From assembly GCA_965199825.1 (NCBI GenBank), contig OZ241329.1, positions 1,312,001 through 1,376,000 on the forward strand: 64,000 bases of DNA, read 5' to 3'. The position numbers and the translations under genes are program-made. This document shows positions 9,263-19,381 of the stretch, piece after piece. The DNA comes from Bdellovibrionales bacterium (lineage in GTDB: Bacteria > Bdellovibrionota > Bdellovibrionia > Bdellovibrionales > UBA1609). Numbering within the stretch: position 1 is the stretch's first letter; every line of letters starts with the position of its first letter. The notes beneath the pieces were generated by a model, which saw only the letters and a program-made list of their open reading frames with translations, was not told the DNA's origin and made no database searches.

Positions 9263-9289
9263 TTATCGACCATTGGCCGGGATTTCTTA
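9263..9289 (-). promoter_or_regulatory. Putative sigma28 (FliA) promoter of the GH5 gene
   Basis: Minus strand TAAG-N15-GTCGATAA vs consensus TAAA-N15-GCCGATAA, 17 nt upstream of the ATG. Confidence 0.6.
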
Positions 9290-9314
9290 AACGGTGTTTT
9301 AAATTGAGACAGAG

Positions 9315-10103
9315 TTAATTCAATCCGCAAGATTGTTGATCGTATATTGTTTTAATTTCTTTTGCCAAAAGTGCTGTGTTCCACACTGCAGCTTCGGCAA
9401 TCGTTCCTGATGTCCAATACGCATAACCAGTGTGACCACCAATTTGTAATGTGTAGGTCGAAGAACTTGTCCACGTGGTACTCGCTGTCCCGTCAGCACG
9501 TCCATTGACATAATAGGTGATCGAAGACCCATTGATTACAGCAGCAATAAAATACCATTTTGCTAATTGCAGCGTAGTTTGCCCAGACGCGCCCGAACCA
9601 AAAACAATCTGACCAGGAGGATGTCCATAAGATCCAACTACTCCAAAAATGACATTGTTTGGACCTGATCTTTGATCGATCACGTAGTTGACGAGACTGG
9701 TGTTGTAAGCCGCAAGTTTGATCCATGCACTAAAAGTTAAACCACTTCCGCCTGCAGAACTGCCAAAGTTCAAAGTGCTTGATGCGGGCACTCCAATGTA
9801 TCCTGTCGATCCATCGAACAAAGCAGCAGTCGTTCCCACTCGGCCTGGTACTCCTAATGTTGTTCCACTTTGCGGCACTCCAGTATTTGTAGCGATCGAG
9901 GAAGAGTCTGTGACACTTGTTGCTCCATAACTCTCTGCTAAGGTCCAATACCCTACGAGATGTGACCACTGCGGTGTCCAACCTGACTTTAATTTATAGC
10001 AAGCTCCGCCTGCACCAATCATTGCTGTGAGCGAACTTGTTGGTTGAGCCAGAACAGCAGAGGGCAGACATAGAATAAAAACTTGAACTAAATAATTTCT
10101 CAT
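9315..10103 (-). CDS. Secreted LamG / concanavalin A-like domain protein
   Basis: LVGYWTL, FDGSTGYI, LTFSAWIK, WYFIAAV, YYVNG, GTIAEAAVWNTAL; the ATG at 10103 overlaps the upstream TGA (ATGA) and gives a signal peptide. Confidence 0.88.
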   Translation of the reverse strand: MRNYLVQVFILCLPSAVLAQPTSSLTAMIGAGGACYKLKSGWTPQWSHLVGYWTLAESYGATSVTDSSSIATNTGVPQSGTTLGVPGRVGTTAALFDGSTGYIGVPASSTLNFGSSAGGSGLTFSAWIKLAAYNTSLVNYVIDQRSGPNNVIFGVVGSYGHPPGQIVFGSGASGQTTLQLAKWYFIAAVINGSSITYYVNGRADGTASTTWTSSSTYTLQIGGHTGYAYWTSGTIAEAAVWNTALLAKEIKTIYDQQSCGLN

Positions 10104-13100
10104 TGATACCCACTCGCCCAAGTGACATAGCAGTCATAAGTTGAACCATTATATATTGTTGTCATAGTGATCAGCGTTCCACCAGAACCAGTTGTTACAA
10201 TGGTATTGGCCGCCGACGACAAGGGTTTGTATTTGATTGATCCACAACTGGCCGCTGAGAAAACAATATTGATTGAGGCGGTGTCTTTAAAAGAGATCAA
10301 ATAATTTGCTCCATTTGCAGGAGTTCCGGTAAAGGTGAGTGCCACAGTATCATTTGCAACCGCAAAGGTCGGACTAATCGAAAATGCATTGGTTGCTGAA
10401 AAAGCTAAATTTGCTGCCCAACTTGGACTTGATCCCGTGACGCTTGGACTACTCTGAAGACTGACGATGGCTCCATTCACAGTCAGCGCAGTGGTGGGCG
10501 AAGATGTGCCGATCCCCACATTGCCGCTCACGATCATTCCATTTGTGGGTGCTGCAAGCACACCACCGTAGGTGCCGAAGGAAGCACTGCCTGCGACGTC
10601 GAGGGTTGAAGTGTTGCTGGATGTATTGACCCCGAGACGTGAGCCTGCGCTGTTAGTAATATTATAATTGAGAGTACTTCCAGAATTGCCCGAAATCCCT
10701 CCGGCATTGGAATAGAATCGAACGCCACCGCCGTAATAAATCAGACTTCCACCACTGGTGATATCTAGATTTCCATAAACAGTAAGTGTTGGGTCACTTG
10801 CCGAAGTTTCGGCCTTGGCGGTCCCACCGATCGCCATCCAGCCTTGCACATCGGCCGAGCCGGAGACATCTAAGTTGTTTTGAGGATTACTTGTACCAAT
10901 CCCCACATTGCCTGATGAATCCACGCGCATTCTCTCAGGCGCATAAGAGTTGTTTATATTTGTGGTATGAAAAGCAATGTGTCCGTCACCGGCTGCAGCG
11001 GTGAGGAGAAGTTGTGCTTGTGCCTTTGAAGCGTCTGTAACTACCCCGTCTGAGATGCGGCGATTTGAAGAGAGCCCAAAATTATCGCCGTAGGTTCCCA
11101 AATAAATTTTGTTGCTGGTGTTTGATGCAACGGCAAGATCTGTATTTGCTGATGCACCGACCTGAAGTTGGGCCCCTGGCGATGTTGTTCCAATACCCAC
11201 ATTACCACTCACAATCAAACCATTCGCAGGTGCTGCTGTTACGCCTGCATAACTTCCAACCGACATTCCACCCGTTACATCCAATGAAGATTTGGGAGCA
11301 GCAGTTGCTCCGACGTTGATGGGGCTTGAGATATAATTGTTTGCGCCTCCGTTTGCTTCACCTAAACGAAATCCATTTCCTGTCACATAGCCATGACTGT
11401 AGGCCGTGCCCATGCAGAGATCACTAATGCAAAGACCATCGGCATTGATTCCACCCACAACTGAAAGAGTATTTGTGGGCGAGGTCGTTCCTATTCCAAC
11501 TTTTCCATTTTTTAAAATTTGAAACGCGGTCGAAGGAGTCGACGCGCTTTGCCCATTCCCAATCACGAATAAGGGATCGGTGGCCACCCATGCGTTGGCG
11601 GTCTCGCCGCCGTAAGTGTTGTACGTCCCCATAACGGTTTCGTTGTATGCGGGCGCCTTAACAGCTGATCCGATGGCGACTGCGCTTTGCCCATTTGCTT
11701 GACTTGAAGAACCCAATGCAAGGCTTGCATAGCCTGAAGCATTATTCGCAGTTCCAAGTGCAACCGAATTTGATCCCGAAGTCTGACTCCCATATCCTAA
11801 TGCAATCGAAGCAAGTCCGCGCGATGTGCTCGTGTTCGATTGAACCGAACCATCGTTCATCACTGTGAAAGCCGAAGTCCCATTCGAAAGAATATTTAGA
11901 TTGGATGAGCGCACAAGGCATCCATTGTGAGGCACGGCGGATGTTCCTAATTGACCACGCGAAACTCCGGTAAATGAATTTGATGTGAGTCCCGTGTAGG
12001 AGACCGCTTCGGAGTCGAGCCATAAAATTCCAGAAGAGCCGAATCCAGTGGTTGAACTTACGGGAATGACAGTGACCGTATTATCGATCGAACCTGCAAA
12101 GGTGCCAGCAACAAGGCTTGATGCCGAATTCACTCTGAGACTTCCAGTCACCTCTAGTGTTTCATTCGGAGTGACCGTTCCAATACCGACCCGACCACCA
12201 CCCTGAATAGTCATCAACGGGGTTGCGGTGCCCGTATTTGAATAATCGTAGAATCGAAAACCACCAACCGTTCCGTATCCACGATTAGCTATGAAGTCGC
12301 TTTCACCGTCGCCACCCGAATAATTAGATCCAATCAAATTTTTCCCCTGGAATTCAAGTTTGGTGAGATCAATAGATGGAGAAAGATTTGGATCCAAATT
12401 TCCATTTGGTCCCCCTAAACTGACGACGCCAGAAATATCTAAATTATAACGGGGTGATGTGGTTCCGATTCCAACACTCCCACCGGTCGCCAAAAGATTT
12501 CCGTTGGTGATCGCAACATCACCCCCGCCAAACGCAGAGGGTCCAAAGGATTTGATTGAAACTGTATTAAACCCATTGCCTTGACTGATATTAAGAACGC
12601 CATTGCCGTAATTATTAAACGCGTTGATCACCGAGTTTGGCCCGTTCGGTACGGTCAATTGGCCAACATTTGCGGTCCCTGCCACATCGAGTTTGCCACC
12701 CATACTAGAATTGTTTGTAACCGTGAGGCCAGTGCCTGTGCCGCTGGCGGTGACTGGTCCAGAAAAAGTTTCTGTTCCTGCAATTGTCTGGTTGCCCGAA
12801 GTGTTGAGCAGTGACCCGTAGGCTCCTCCGTTTTGTGACAACATTAATTGGTTGGAGGTGGAATCGAAATACATGCGGGCTTGGGCGCTGGGTGCGACCG
12901 AAGGCGCAATCGTTCCTCGAAGCGAAATCGCACCGTTAACATCGAAAGTTGAGGCGGGTGATGTGGTGCCGATGCCGACATTTCCGCTTGAAGTAATTCT
13001 CATCGCTTCGCTTAAAGCTGTAGCATTCGGCCCAACATCAAATGCGATGATTCCATTTGTTGTATTCTCGAGACGCAAGTTTGACGAATTTGATTTTAAG

Positions 13101-15016
13101 ACAATGTCACCGTCATTGGTTGTATTTGTCCATGCACCATTGCCAACGGCCACACCGAGGACACCCTTTGAAGCCCCATTGGAATCTAAATTTATACCGA
13201 CAGAATTTGTGCCATCAACTACAAGGCCGTCGTATTGACTGGTAGAAAAAACATGTAGCCGCTTAGCCGGCGAAGTTGTTCCAATACCAACATTGCCATT
13301 AGCAAGAAGTGTCATGACTGTCGTTTCAGCGTTTGGAGGGTCGCCGATTGCGGCTTTGAGATTGATATCTAATCGAGTGTTTGGACCATACCCATTAGCA
13401 ATACTATTCGCCGCGTAGGTTCCAAGTTTAAATGCTGCGGCTTGGGAATAAGAAATGCCACCATTGGTCGGTCTTGAAATTTGAAATTCATTTTCGGTTC
13501 CTACACCAGCAGCGGCAAGAGACCCGCTAACGTCGAGCGCGGAGTTTGGTGAAGCTGTAGCAATACCAACTCTTCCACCACGAGGATTTAGGAGTAGAGG
13601 TTGGTAGCTTCCTATCTTTGATGAAGAAATATATGCGGCATCGACTGATCCATCATATCCCATATATAAACTCTGACCGCTTGTACCGGTATTGATTGCA
13701 AAACCGTGAGCGCTTACTTCATACCCACTCGAGCTTGTATCTGCAGTGACTACCAGTTTGGAAATCGGAGCGTTGTCACCAATTCCTACGTTGCCGTTTG
13801 CGGTTACTGTCATGACGTCGCCGATGCCGCTGCGTAAATTTAGAATTCTATTGGTCGCACCGATGGAAGCTACATTCACAGCTAAACCGTTCGCGTGACT
13901 ATCTGAAAATTCGTTATTCAAAATCCCCGCGGCATAGCCACCTCCAGAAGTTGCCCACGAGATTCCGTTTGAATTTTCATATGAGGTGCTCGCATCGCCA
14001 ATACCATACGGTGTATTTGCTAATTGGGTAGACGGTGCTGTCGTCCCAATCCCAACAGATCCATTTCCTAAAATTGTCATTTTCGTTGAAGGGGAGTTAC
14101 TTGTAGTCCCGCTTGAGGTTGGCGTTGCAGTTTGAAATTGGATTGTCGAACCGCCAGCACCTGTAGATACCCCAGAAGACAAATTTAAAAATCCTCCACC
14201 TTTGTCACTTGAAGATAAGGTTGCGCCACCAGCCGTAACGCTCAAATTGTTGCCCGCACTATTCGAAGTGGTCGAGCGCTCCATCGCAATATTGCGCGCG
14301 ACATTGCCACCAAAACTCAAATCAGAACTAGGATTTGTCGTGCCCACACCAATTTTGCCTGAGCCTAAACTTAAATTTCCACCTGCAAGTCCAGCAAACG
14401 AAGTCGATGTTCCGTTGATCAAAGCGAGCAATTCCGCATAAGGCGTGCTCGCAAAGATCGCATCCACTTTAGATTGGGTGGTGTCGCTGCTCGTTTGTAT
14501 AAAACCCGATGAGGCTGCACTTGAAAGTCTCTCGGCTTCAAAGGCATACGGCACAGACTCAATGACGTAAGGCGCAGAAAATGCCACCGTGTCGGGTCCA
14601 TCAACAAAGCTCACATAAATGTTGCGTGAATCGGTCGGTTGCGGAGTGTAGGCGGTAGCAGTGGGTGCTCCCACGCAATTTAAACTCGAAAGTGTTCCGG
14701 CATTTTGAAAAGCACTGGAGACCGAAAGACCAAGATCATTCGATGTTCTTACACCTGTACCGAGCGTGACCGCAAAAATGCCGTTCGAGTTTGTCATGTT
14801 AAGAGGAAAAGTTTCTTCAAACAAAACACATTCGGGCCGTGAGTTCGCAATCGCCATGCTTGTGACACGGATAGTGAGATCCACCGTTGAGGACTCAACC
14901 ACCACGCTGTCTTTTAAAAGTTGTCCTTGAAAGGTGATGCCTTGGGGGGCAGCAAAAGCACCGCGGCTGATAATAAAGAGTGCGAGCCCAATCCTGAGCC
15001 CTTGTTTTAAATTCAT
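10100..15016 (-). CDS. Fibre adhesin 1 (1638 aa), mosaic trimeric fibre-like, no S74 chaperone
   Basis: Signal peptide, shared N-domain (QGITFQGQLLKD...SVPYA), about 12-14 GxVGIGTxxP linkers, YadA-head-like repeats (SIALG/SVALG/SLALG/AVAIG near 11640-11830), distinct C-terminal domain ending YVTWASGYQ. Confidence 0.88.
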   Translation of the reverse strand: MNLKQGLRIGLALFIISRGAFAAPQGITFQGQLLKDSVVVESSTVDLTIRVTSMAIANSRPECVLFEETFPLNMTNSNGIFAVTLGTGVRTSNDLGLSVSSAFQNAGTLSSLNCVGAPTATAYTPQPTDSRNIYVSFVDGPDTVAFSAPYVIESVPYAFEAERLSSAASSGFIQTSSDTTQSKVDAIFASTPYAELLALINGTSTSFAGLAGGNLSLGSGKIGVGTTNPSSDLSFGGNVARNIAMERSTTSNSAGNNLSVTAGGATLSSSDKGGGFLNLSSGVSTGAGGSTIQFQTATPTSSGTTSNSPSTKMTILGNGSVGIGTTAPSTQLANTPYGIGDASTSYENSNGISWATSGGGYAAGILNNEFSDSHANGLAVNVASIGATNRILNLRSGIGDVMTVTANGNVGIGDNAPISKLVVTADTSSSGYEVSAHGFAINTGTSGQSLYMGYDGSVDAAYISSSKIGSYQPLLLNPRGGRVGIATASPNSALDVSGSLAAAGVGTENEFQISRPTNGGISYSQAAAFKLGTYAANSIANGYGPNTRLDINLKAAIGDPPNAETTVMTLLANGNVGIGTTSPAKRLHVFSTSQYDGLVVDGTNSVGINLDSNGASKGVLGVAVGNGAWTNTTNDGDIVLKSNSSNLRLENTTNGIIAFDVGPNATALSEAMRITSSGNVGIGTTSPASTFDVNGAISLRGTIAPSVAPSAQARMYFDSTSNQLMLSQNGGAYGSLLNTSGNQTIAGTETFSGPVTASGTGTGLTVTNNSSMGGKLDVAGTANVGQLTVPNGPNSVINAFNNYGNGVLNISQGNGFNTVSIKSFGPSAFGGGDVAITNGNLLATGGSVGIGTTSPRYNLDISGVVSLGGPNGNLDPNLSPSIDLTKLEFQGKNLIGSNYSGGDGESDFIANRGYGTVGGFRFYDYSNTGTATPLMTIQGGGRVGIGTVTPNETLEVTGSLRVNSASSLVAGTFAGSIDNTVTVIPVSSTTGFGSSGILWLDSEAVSYTGLTSNSFTGVSRGQLGTSAVPHNGCLVRSSNLNILSNGTSAFTVMNDGSVQSNTSTSRGLASIALGYGSQTSGSNSVALGTANNASGYASLALGSSSQANGQSAVAIGSAVKAPAYNETVMGTYNTYGGETANAWVATDPLFVIGNGQSASTPSTAFQILKNGKVGIGTTSPTNTLSVVGGINADGLCISDLCMGTAYSHGYVTGNGFRLGEANGGANNYISSPINVGATAAPKSSLDVTGGMSVGSYAGVTAAPANGLIVSGNVGIGTTSPGAQLQVGASANTDLAVASNTSNKIYLGTYGDNFGLSSNRRISDGVVTDASKAQAQLLLTAAAGDGHIAFHTTNINNSYAPERMRVDSSGNVGIGTSNPQNNLDVSGSADVQGWMAIGGTAKAETSASDPTLTVYGNLDITSGGSLIYYGGGVRFYSNAGGISGNSGSTLNYNITNSAGSRLGVNTSSNTSTLDVAGSASFGTYGGVLAAPTNGMIVSGNVGIGTSSPTTALTVNGAIVSLQSSPSVTGSSPSWAANLAFSATNAFSISPTFAVANDTVALTFTGTPANGANYLISFKDTASINIVFSAASCGSIKYKPLSSAANTIVTTGSGGTLITMTTIYNGSTYDCYVTWASGYQ

Positions 15017-15040
15017 AATCTCTCCATAAATTATTTTTAT

Positions 15041-18000
15041 TTAACGAGCTTGAACCAATCTTTCCAATTGCTCGATCCGAGCTTTGAGCTCGGCTGATTC
15101 TTGTTTTGATTTTTGTTCTGCTTGTTCGAGATCTACGATTCGCTGTTTTAATTGCGTATTTTGACTATAAATCGTTTTTATTGACTCAATCACAGGAGCG
15201 ATAAGGTGATCGTAGACAACCGATTTCAATCCTGACTCAGGATCGGTTTTTATCGATTGAGGATAAACCTTTTCGACATCTTGTGCGATCAATCCAATCT
15301 GCTCTTGATTTCCAAAATGCTCCTGGTCTTTCCAGTCGTAACTAACACCCTGAAGTTTTAAGATATTCTCGAGCGAATTTTGAAGTGGATCGATATTATT
15401 TTTTAGGCGCACGTCCGAGGGTGATGAACACCCAGTCGACGTGCAAACTTGAGTTCCGCCTACGCGCAAAACATTTGTTGATGCGATATTGATGTCGCCG
15501 TTGACGTCAAGTTTGTAGGCGGGTGACGTGGTTCCGATACCGACGTTTCCGCTGACGATAAGCCCATTGGCTGGCGCAGCCGTTCCTGCATATGCTCCGA
15601 TTGCGGCTTCGCCCGCAACATCAAGATGGTTCACTGGATAAATACTGATTCCGATATTATTACTTTTTAAATAACTTGTTCCGCCGTAAGTGTTTCTAAT
15701 TGTAACAGTCCCATCATATCCAAAAGCCAGTCCTGCACTCACAACTCCAGCGACATCAAGAGAATCATTAGGAGCGGTCGTCCCAATACCGACACGACCC
15801 GCCGAATAAGACAGATTCGAACCATTCTGATTCCAATAACTCGAAGTTGAAGTTCCAACAGGCACTCCATTGACGGTGAGCGATGTTGCGTTCACGGTGC
15901 CTGCGACATCAAGCTTTGTTGCCGGATTTGTTGTTCCAATTCCCACATTGCCGGTGCCATTCGGTTTGATAATAATATTGTGATTGGTTGCGCCACCGCC
16001 GCCATCGCTCGTTATAAACAAAGCTGAATTATACGTTGTGAGAGAAGCTGTATTTACACTTGAATCATAATTTGAAAACATAATTCCAGAATTCATTCTC
16101 AGGCTTCCATATTGATCAAATAGGGAGGTGCCCGCAGAACTCGTAAAGCTTGCCACATCTGTTCCGGTGGGGCTTGAGACTGAGAGTCTCGCCCCTGGAT
16201 TTGATGTGCCTATGCCGACGTTGCCGGAAAAATAAGAAGGTGCTGTCGGATCGCTCGTGTAGATAGACCACTTGTTGGTTCCTTGGACTAAACCTGTGTA
16301 CACACCATAGGCGGTTGAGATGACCGAACCTAGATTTTGGGTGACGGCAAAAGATCCACCACTGGCAGTGGTAATACCACCAGTGCCTGACGTGTAGACT
16401 CCACCGTTGATTGCAGTCGCACTCCCAATTGTGGTGTTGTAGGCATTTTGCGCTTGTGCTTCGAAGCCACGAATAATTCCACTTGGAGAATTTGCTCCAT
16501 TAAAACTGACTGTCGAATATCCTCCGCGGACAGTAGCAGTGGATGCACTGGATGGATAAAAATTCTGATTCATAATAAACGCGTTGGAGCTTCCGGATGA
16601 AAGACTGACATTACCTCCCTCAACATCCAGCAAAGCAGAAGGGGCTGTTGTGCCTATGCCGACGTTGCCGTTCGGCAGCATAGTCACGATATTTGAACCG
16701 TTGGTATTGAAATCGTATCCAGCATAGCTGGATTGAGATCCATTAAAGGTCAGTCTGCCCGTTGTTCCATTCCGGTTTAGAGAATATCCGTAGCCGGTTC
16801 CGTTATACAGACCGAGGCCAGCCCCAGCGACGATACTGCCGGTAAAACTAAAGTTTTGAAAGCCATCGGTGGAAATTGAGCTTGCTAAAGTGCCGTCTGA
16901 ACGTTGTGTCTGGATAAGCGGTGAATTTGAATCAGCTATTTTAAAGACGGAGCCCGTAACCTTAACGCTTCCAGTGACATCCAGTGCTTGAGACGGGTTC
17001 GTAATACCGATCCCAACATTCCCACCAACAATCAACGACCCACCTATACTAGAATTATTTACTACCGATAATCCAGTGCCTGTGCCACTTACTGTGACTG
17101 CGCCGGAAAAAGTTTCGGCTCCCGCTACAGTTTGACCACCTGAAGTACTAAGCAGAGAGCCGTAAGCTCCACCGTTCTGTGAAAGCATCAGTTGATTCGA
17201 TGTCGAATCAAAATACATTCTGGCCTGTGCGGTTGGCGAAAGTGCTGGCGCCGACATCGCATGCAGCGAAACCGCGCCATTAAGATCAAGAGTCGATGCG
17301 GGTGAGATTGTGCCGATGCCGACGTTGCCTCCGTTTGGATTTAATAAAATCGGGTAACTCACACCAAAATTTCCACGATCGTGCCCTTGAAACCAAATAC
17401 CATTTGGTGGCGATGCATAAGCTCCAATGTCTAATAGATTTCCATAGGCATAGCTGCCGCCGACTCGTAAAATTCCTACCGGGGCAGCTGCATTTCCATT
17501 GTAGTCGCTGGTCGTGCCAGCGATTTCAAGAGGGAGCGATGGGTGAGTTGTGCCGATTCCGACATTCCCATCATTTCCGCTACCGGTCGTCTTGCTCCCA
17601 GGTTTTAGGAGTATGTGTCCGCCATTGCCGCCACCATTACCCCCACCATTTCCTGCAGTGACAACAACACTTCCTCCGCTGCCGCTCAGTGATCCGTCTG
17701 CTGCGGTGATATTTATATTTGATGAAGCGTCTGAGGCTGAATTGCCGAAGAAGAGGGTCCCACTTCTGATGTTAACTGCGCCTCCACCATAATTTCCGCC
17801 TCCAGCAGTTATGTTTACCGCACCACCACCGCCCGATCCGTTGCCAGCAGAAAGATTAAGAACACCGCCAAGACCATTTGCTGATGAAGCACTGCTTGCC
17901 GCTCCTGCAGAGATGTTCACAGTACCAGCATTGCCATGGCCGGCTGCAGGATCTGTATTCGAACCTGCGGTGAGAGTTATATTTCCAGCAGTCGGTCCAG

Positions 18001-19372
18001 CATAAATATCGTTATTGCTCGAGCCTGCGACTAAAAAAATTGAAGCCGGGCTTGTACTTGTCGGAGCTCTCACATCTAGGATGCCTGCAGGATTTGTTGT
18101 GCCAATTCCCACATTCCCATTATACCCGATTCGCATTCTTTCTTGATTTAAACCAAAACTATTTAAGACACCACTTGTTCTAAAAACAATATTGGTATTG
18201 TCGTCATCAAAATTGGATTGTCGAAGAACTCCAATCGACGCGAATGGTGAATTAGTGCTTTGGTTTGAGCCAAAAATAATATTTCCCATCGATGATCCGT
18301 CGTCAGGATTCCCATGCGTGTCATGTAAAAAGACTTGAGGGGAAGATGCGGTAACATCCAGAATACCAGTCGGATTTGTCGTGCCCACGCCCACATTGCC
18401 ATTGCCCATTACTGTCATCTTAGTCGAAGGGGAGTGACTCGAAGTCCCCGAGCTCGCAGGCGAAGAAGTTTGAAATTGAATTGCAGAACTTCCGCCACCG
18501 GTTGCAATTCCAGATGAGAGATTGAGTGTTCCACCATTTTGATCGGTGCTTGATATGGTTGCTCCACCCGCAGACACAGTTAAATTATTTCCTTGTGAAG
18601 CGGTTGAGCGCTCCATTGCAATATTGCGCGCGACATTGCCGCCAAAACTTAAATCTGAACTTGGATTTGTCGTGCCCACACCAACGCGACCTGAAGTACC
18701 ATTCACAAAAAAGTTGCCTGAACCAATATTGAGATTGCCGCTTGCGAGGCCCATAAATGAATTTGATGTTCCATTGATCAGTGCCAGCAACTCGGTGTAA
18801 GCGCTTGAAGCCATGATGGCATCGACTTTAGATTGCGTTGTGTCGGTATTCGTTTGCAAAAAACCAGAAGAAGCCGCGCTCGAAAGTCTTTCAGCCTCAA
18901 TCGCATAAGGCACAGACTGAATCACATAAGGTTGAGCAAAGGCCACGGTGTCGGGCCCGTCGACAAAGCTCACATAAATATTTCGTGAGTCGGTGGGGAG
19001 CGGAGAATATGCGGTGGCAGTTGGTGCGCCCACACAGTTTAAGCTCGACAATGTTCCGGTGTTTGCAAAAACATTTGGGATTGAAAGTCCAAGATCATTT
19101 GCGGTTCTCGTGCCCGTACCTAAGGTGACCAAAAATATTCCGTTGGATGCGGTCATATTTAAAGAATAGCTTTCTTCAAACACCGTACATTCGGGCCTCG
19201 TGCCCGCAATCGACATGCTGGTAATTCTAAAAGTGACATCGACGTTTGAGTCTTCGACCACAACGCCGTCTTTTAGAAGTTGCCCTTGAAAAGTAATTCC
19301 TTGTGGGCCTGCTTTGGCGACTTTCCCTAAACAAAATAAGAGTAAACCAAAAATAAATTTATTTTTTAACAT
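15041..19372 (-). CDS. Fibre adhesin 2 (1443 aa) with C-terminal peptidase S74 intramolecular chaperone
   Basis: Shared N-domain, GNVGIGT linkers, SDVRLKNNI...GLIAQDVE...YDHL then a coiled coil. Confidence 0.92.
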   Translation of the reverse strand: MLKNKFIFGLLLFCLGKVAKAGPQGITFQGQLLKDGVVVEDSNVDVTFRITSMSIAGTRPECTVFEESYSLNMTASNGIFLVTLGTGTRTANDLGLSIPNVFANTGTLSSLNCVGAPTATAYSPLPTDSRNIYVSFVDGPDTVAFAQPYVIQSVPYAIEAERLSSAASSGFLQTNTDTTQSKVDAIMASSAYTELLALINGTSNSFMGLASGNLNIGSGNFFVNGTSGRVGVGTTNPSSDLSFGGNVARNIAMERSTASQGNNLTVSAGGATISSTDQNGGTLNLSSGIATGGGSSAIQFQTSSPASSGTSSHSPSTKMTVMGNGNVGVGTTNPTGILDVTASSPQVFLHDTHGNPDDGSSMGNIIFGSNQSTNSPFASIGVLRQSNFDDDNTNIVFRTSGVLNSFGLNQERMRIGYNGNVGIGTTNPAGILDVRAPTSTSPASIFLVAGSSNNDIYAGPTAGNITLTAGSNTDPAAGHGNAGTVNISAGAASSASSANGLGGVLNLSAGNGSGGGGAVNITAGGGNYGGGAVNIRSGTLFFGNSASDASSNINITAADGSLSGSGGSVVVTAGNGGGNGGGNGGHILLKPGSKTTGSGNDGNVGIGTTHPSLPLEIAGTTSDYNGNAAAPVGILRVGGSYAYGNLLDIGAYASPPNGIWFQGHDRGNFGVSYPILLNPNGGNVGIGTISPASTLDLNGAVSLHAMSAPALSPTAQARMYFDSTSNQLMLSQNGGAYGSLLSTSGGQTVAGAETFSGAVTVSGTGTGLSVVNNSSIGGSLIVGGNVGIGITNPSQALDVTGSVKVTGSVFKIADSNSPLIQTQRSDGTLASSISTDGFQNFSFTGSIVAGAGLGLYNGTGYGYSLNRNGTTGRLTFNGSQSSYAGYDFNTNGSNIVTMLPNGNVGIGTTAPSALLDVEGGNVSLSSGSSNAFIMNQNFYPSSASTATVRGGYSTVSFNGANSPSGIIRGFEAQAQNAYNTTIGSATAINGGVYTSGTGGITTASGGSFAVTQNLGSVISTAYGVYTGLVQGTNKWSIYTSDPTAPSYFSGNVGIGTSNPGARLSVSSPTGTDVASFTSSAGTSLFDQYGSLRMNSGIMFSNYDSSVNTASLTTYNSALFITSDGGGGATNHNIIIKPNGTGNVGIGTTNPATKLDVAGTVNATSLTVNGVPVGTSTSSYWNQNGSNLSYSAGRVGIGTTAPNDSLDVAGVVSAGLAFGYDGTVTIRNTYGGTSYLKSNNIGISIYPVNHLDVAGEAAIGAYAGTAAPANGLIVSGNVGIGTTSPAYKLDVNGDINIASTNVLRVGGTQVCTSTGCSSPSDVRLKNNIDPLQNSLENILKLQGVSYDWKDQEHFGNQEQIGLIAQDVEKVYPQSIKTDPESGLKSVVYDHLIAPVIESIKTIYSQNTQLKQRIVDLEQAEQKSKQESAELKARIEQLERLVQAR

Positions 19373-19381
19373 CTGTCATCC

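Noticed and set aside
14336..14348. GGGCACGAC-like matches inside fibre genes and the HNH gene (also near 18377, 18667, 32888, 33079)
   Set aside because: Explained by codons for G-T-T or H-R-A-H; not counted as part of the arrays
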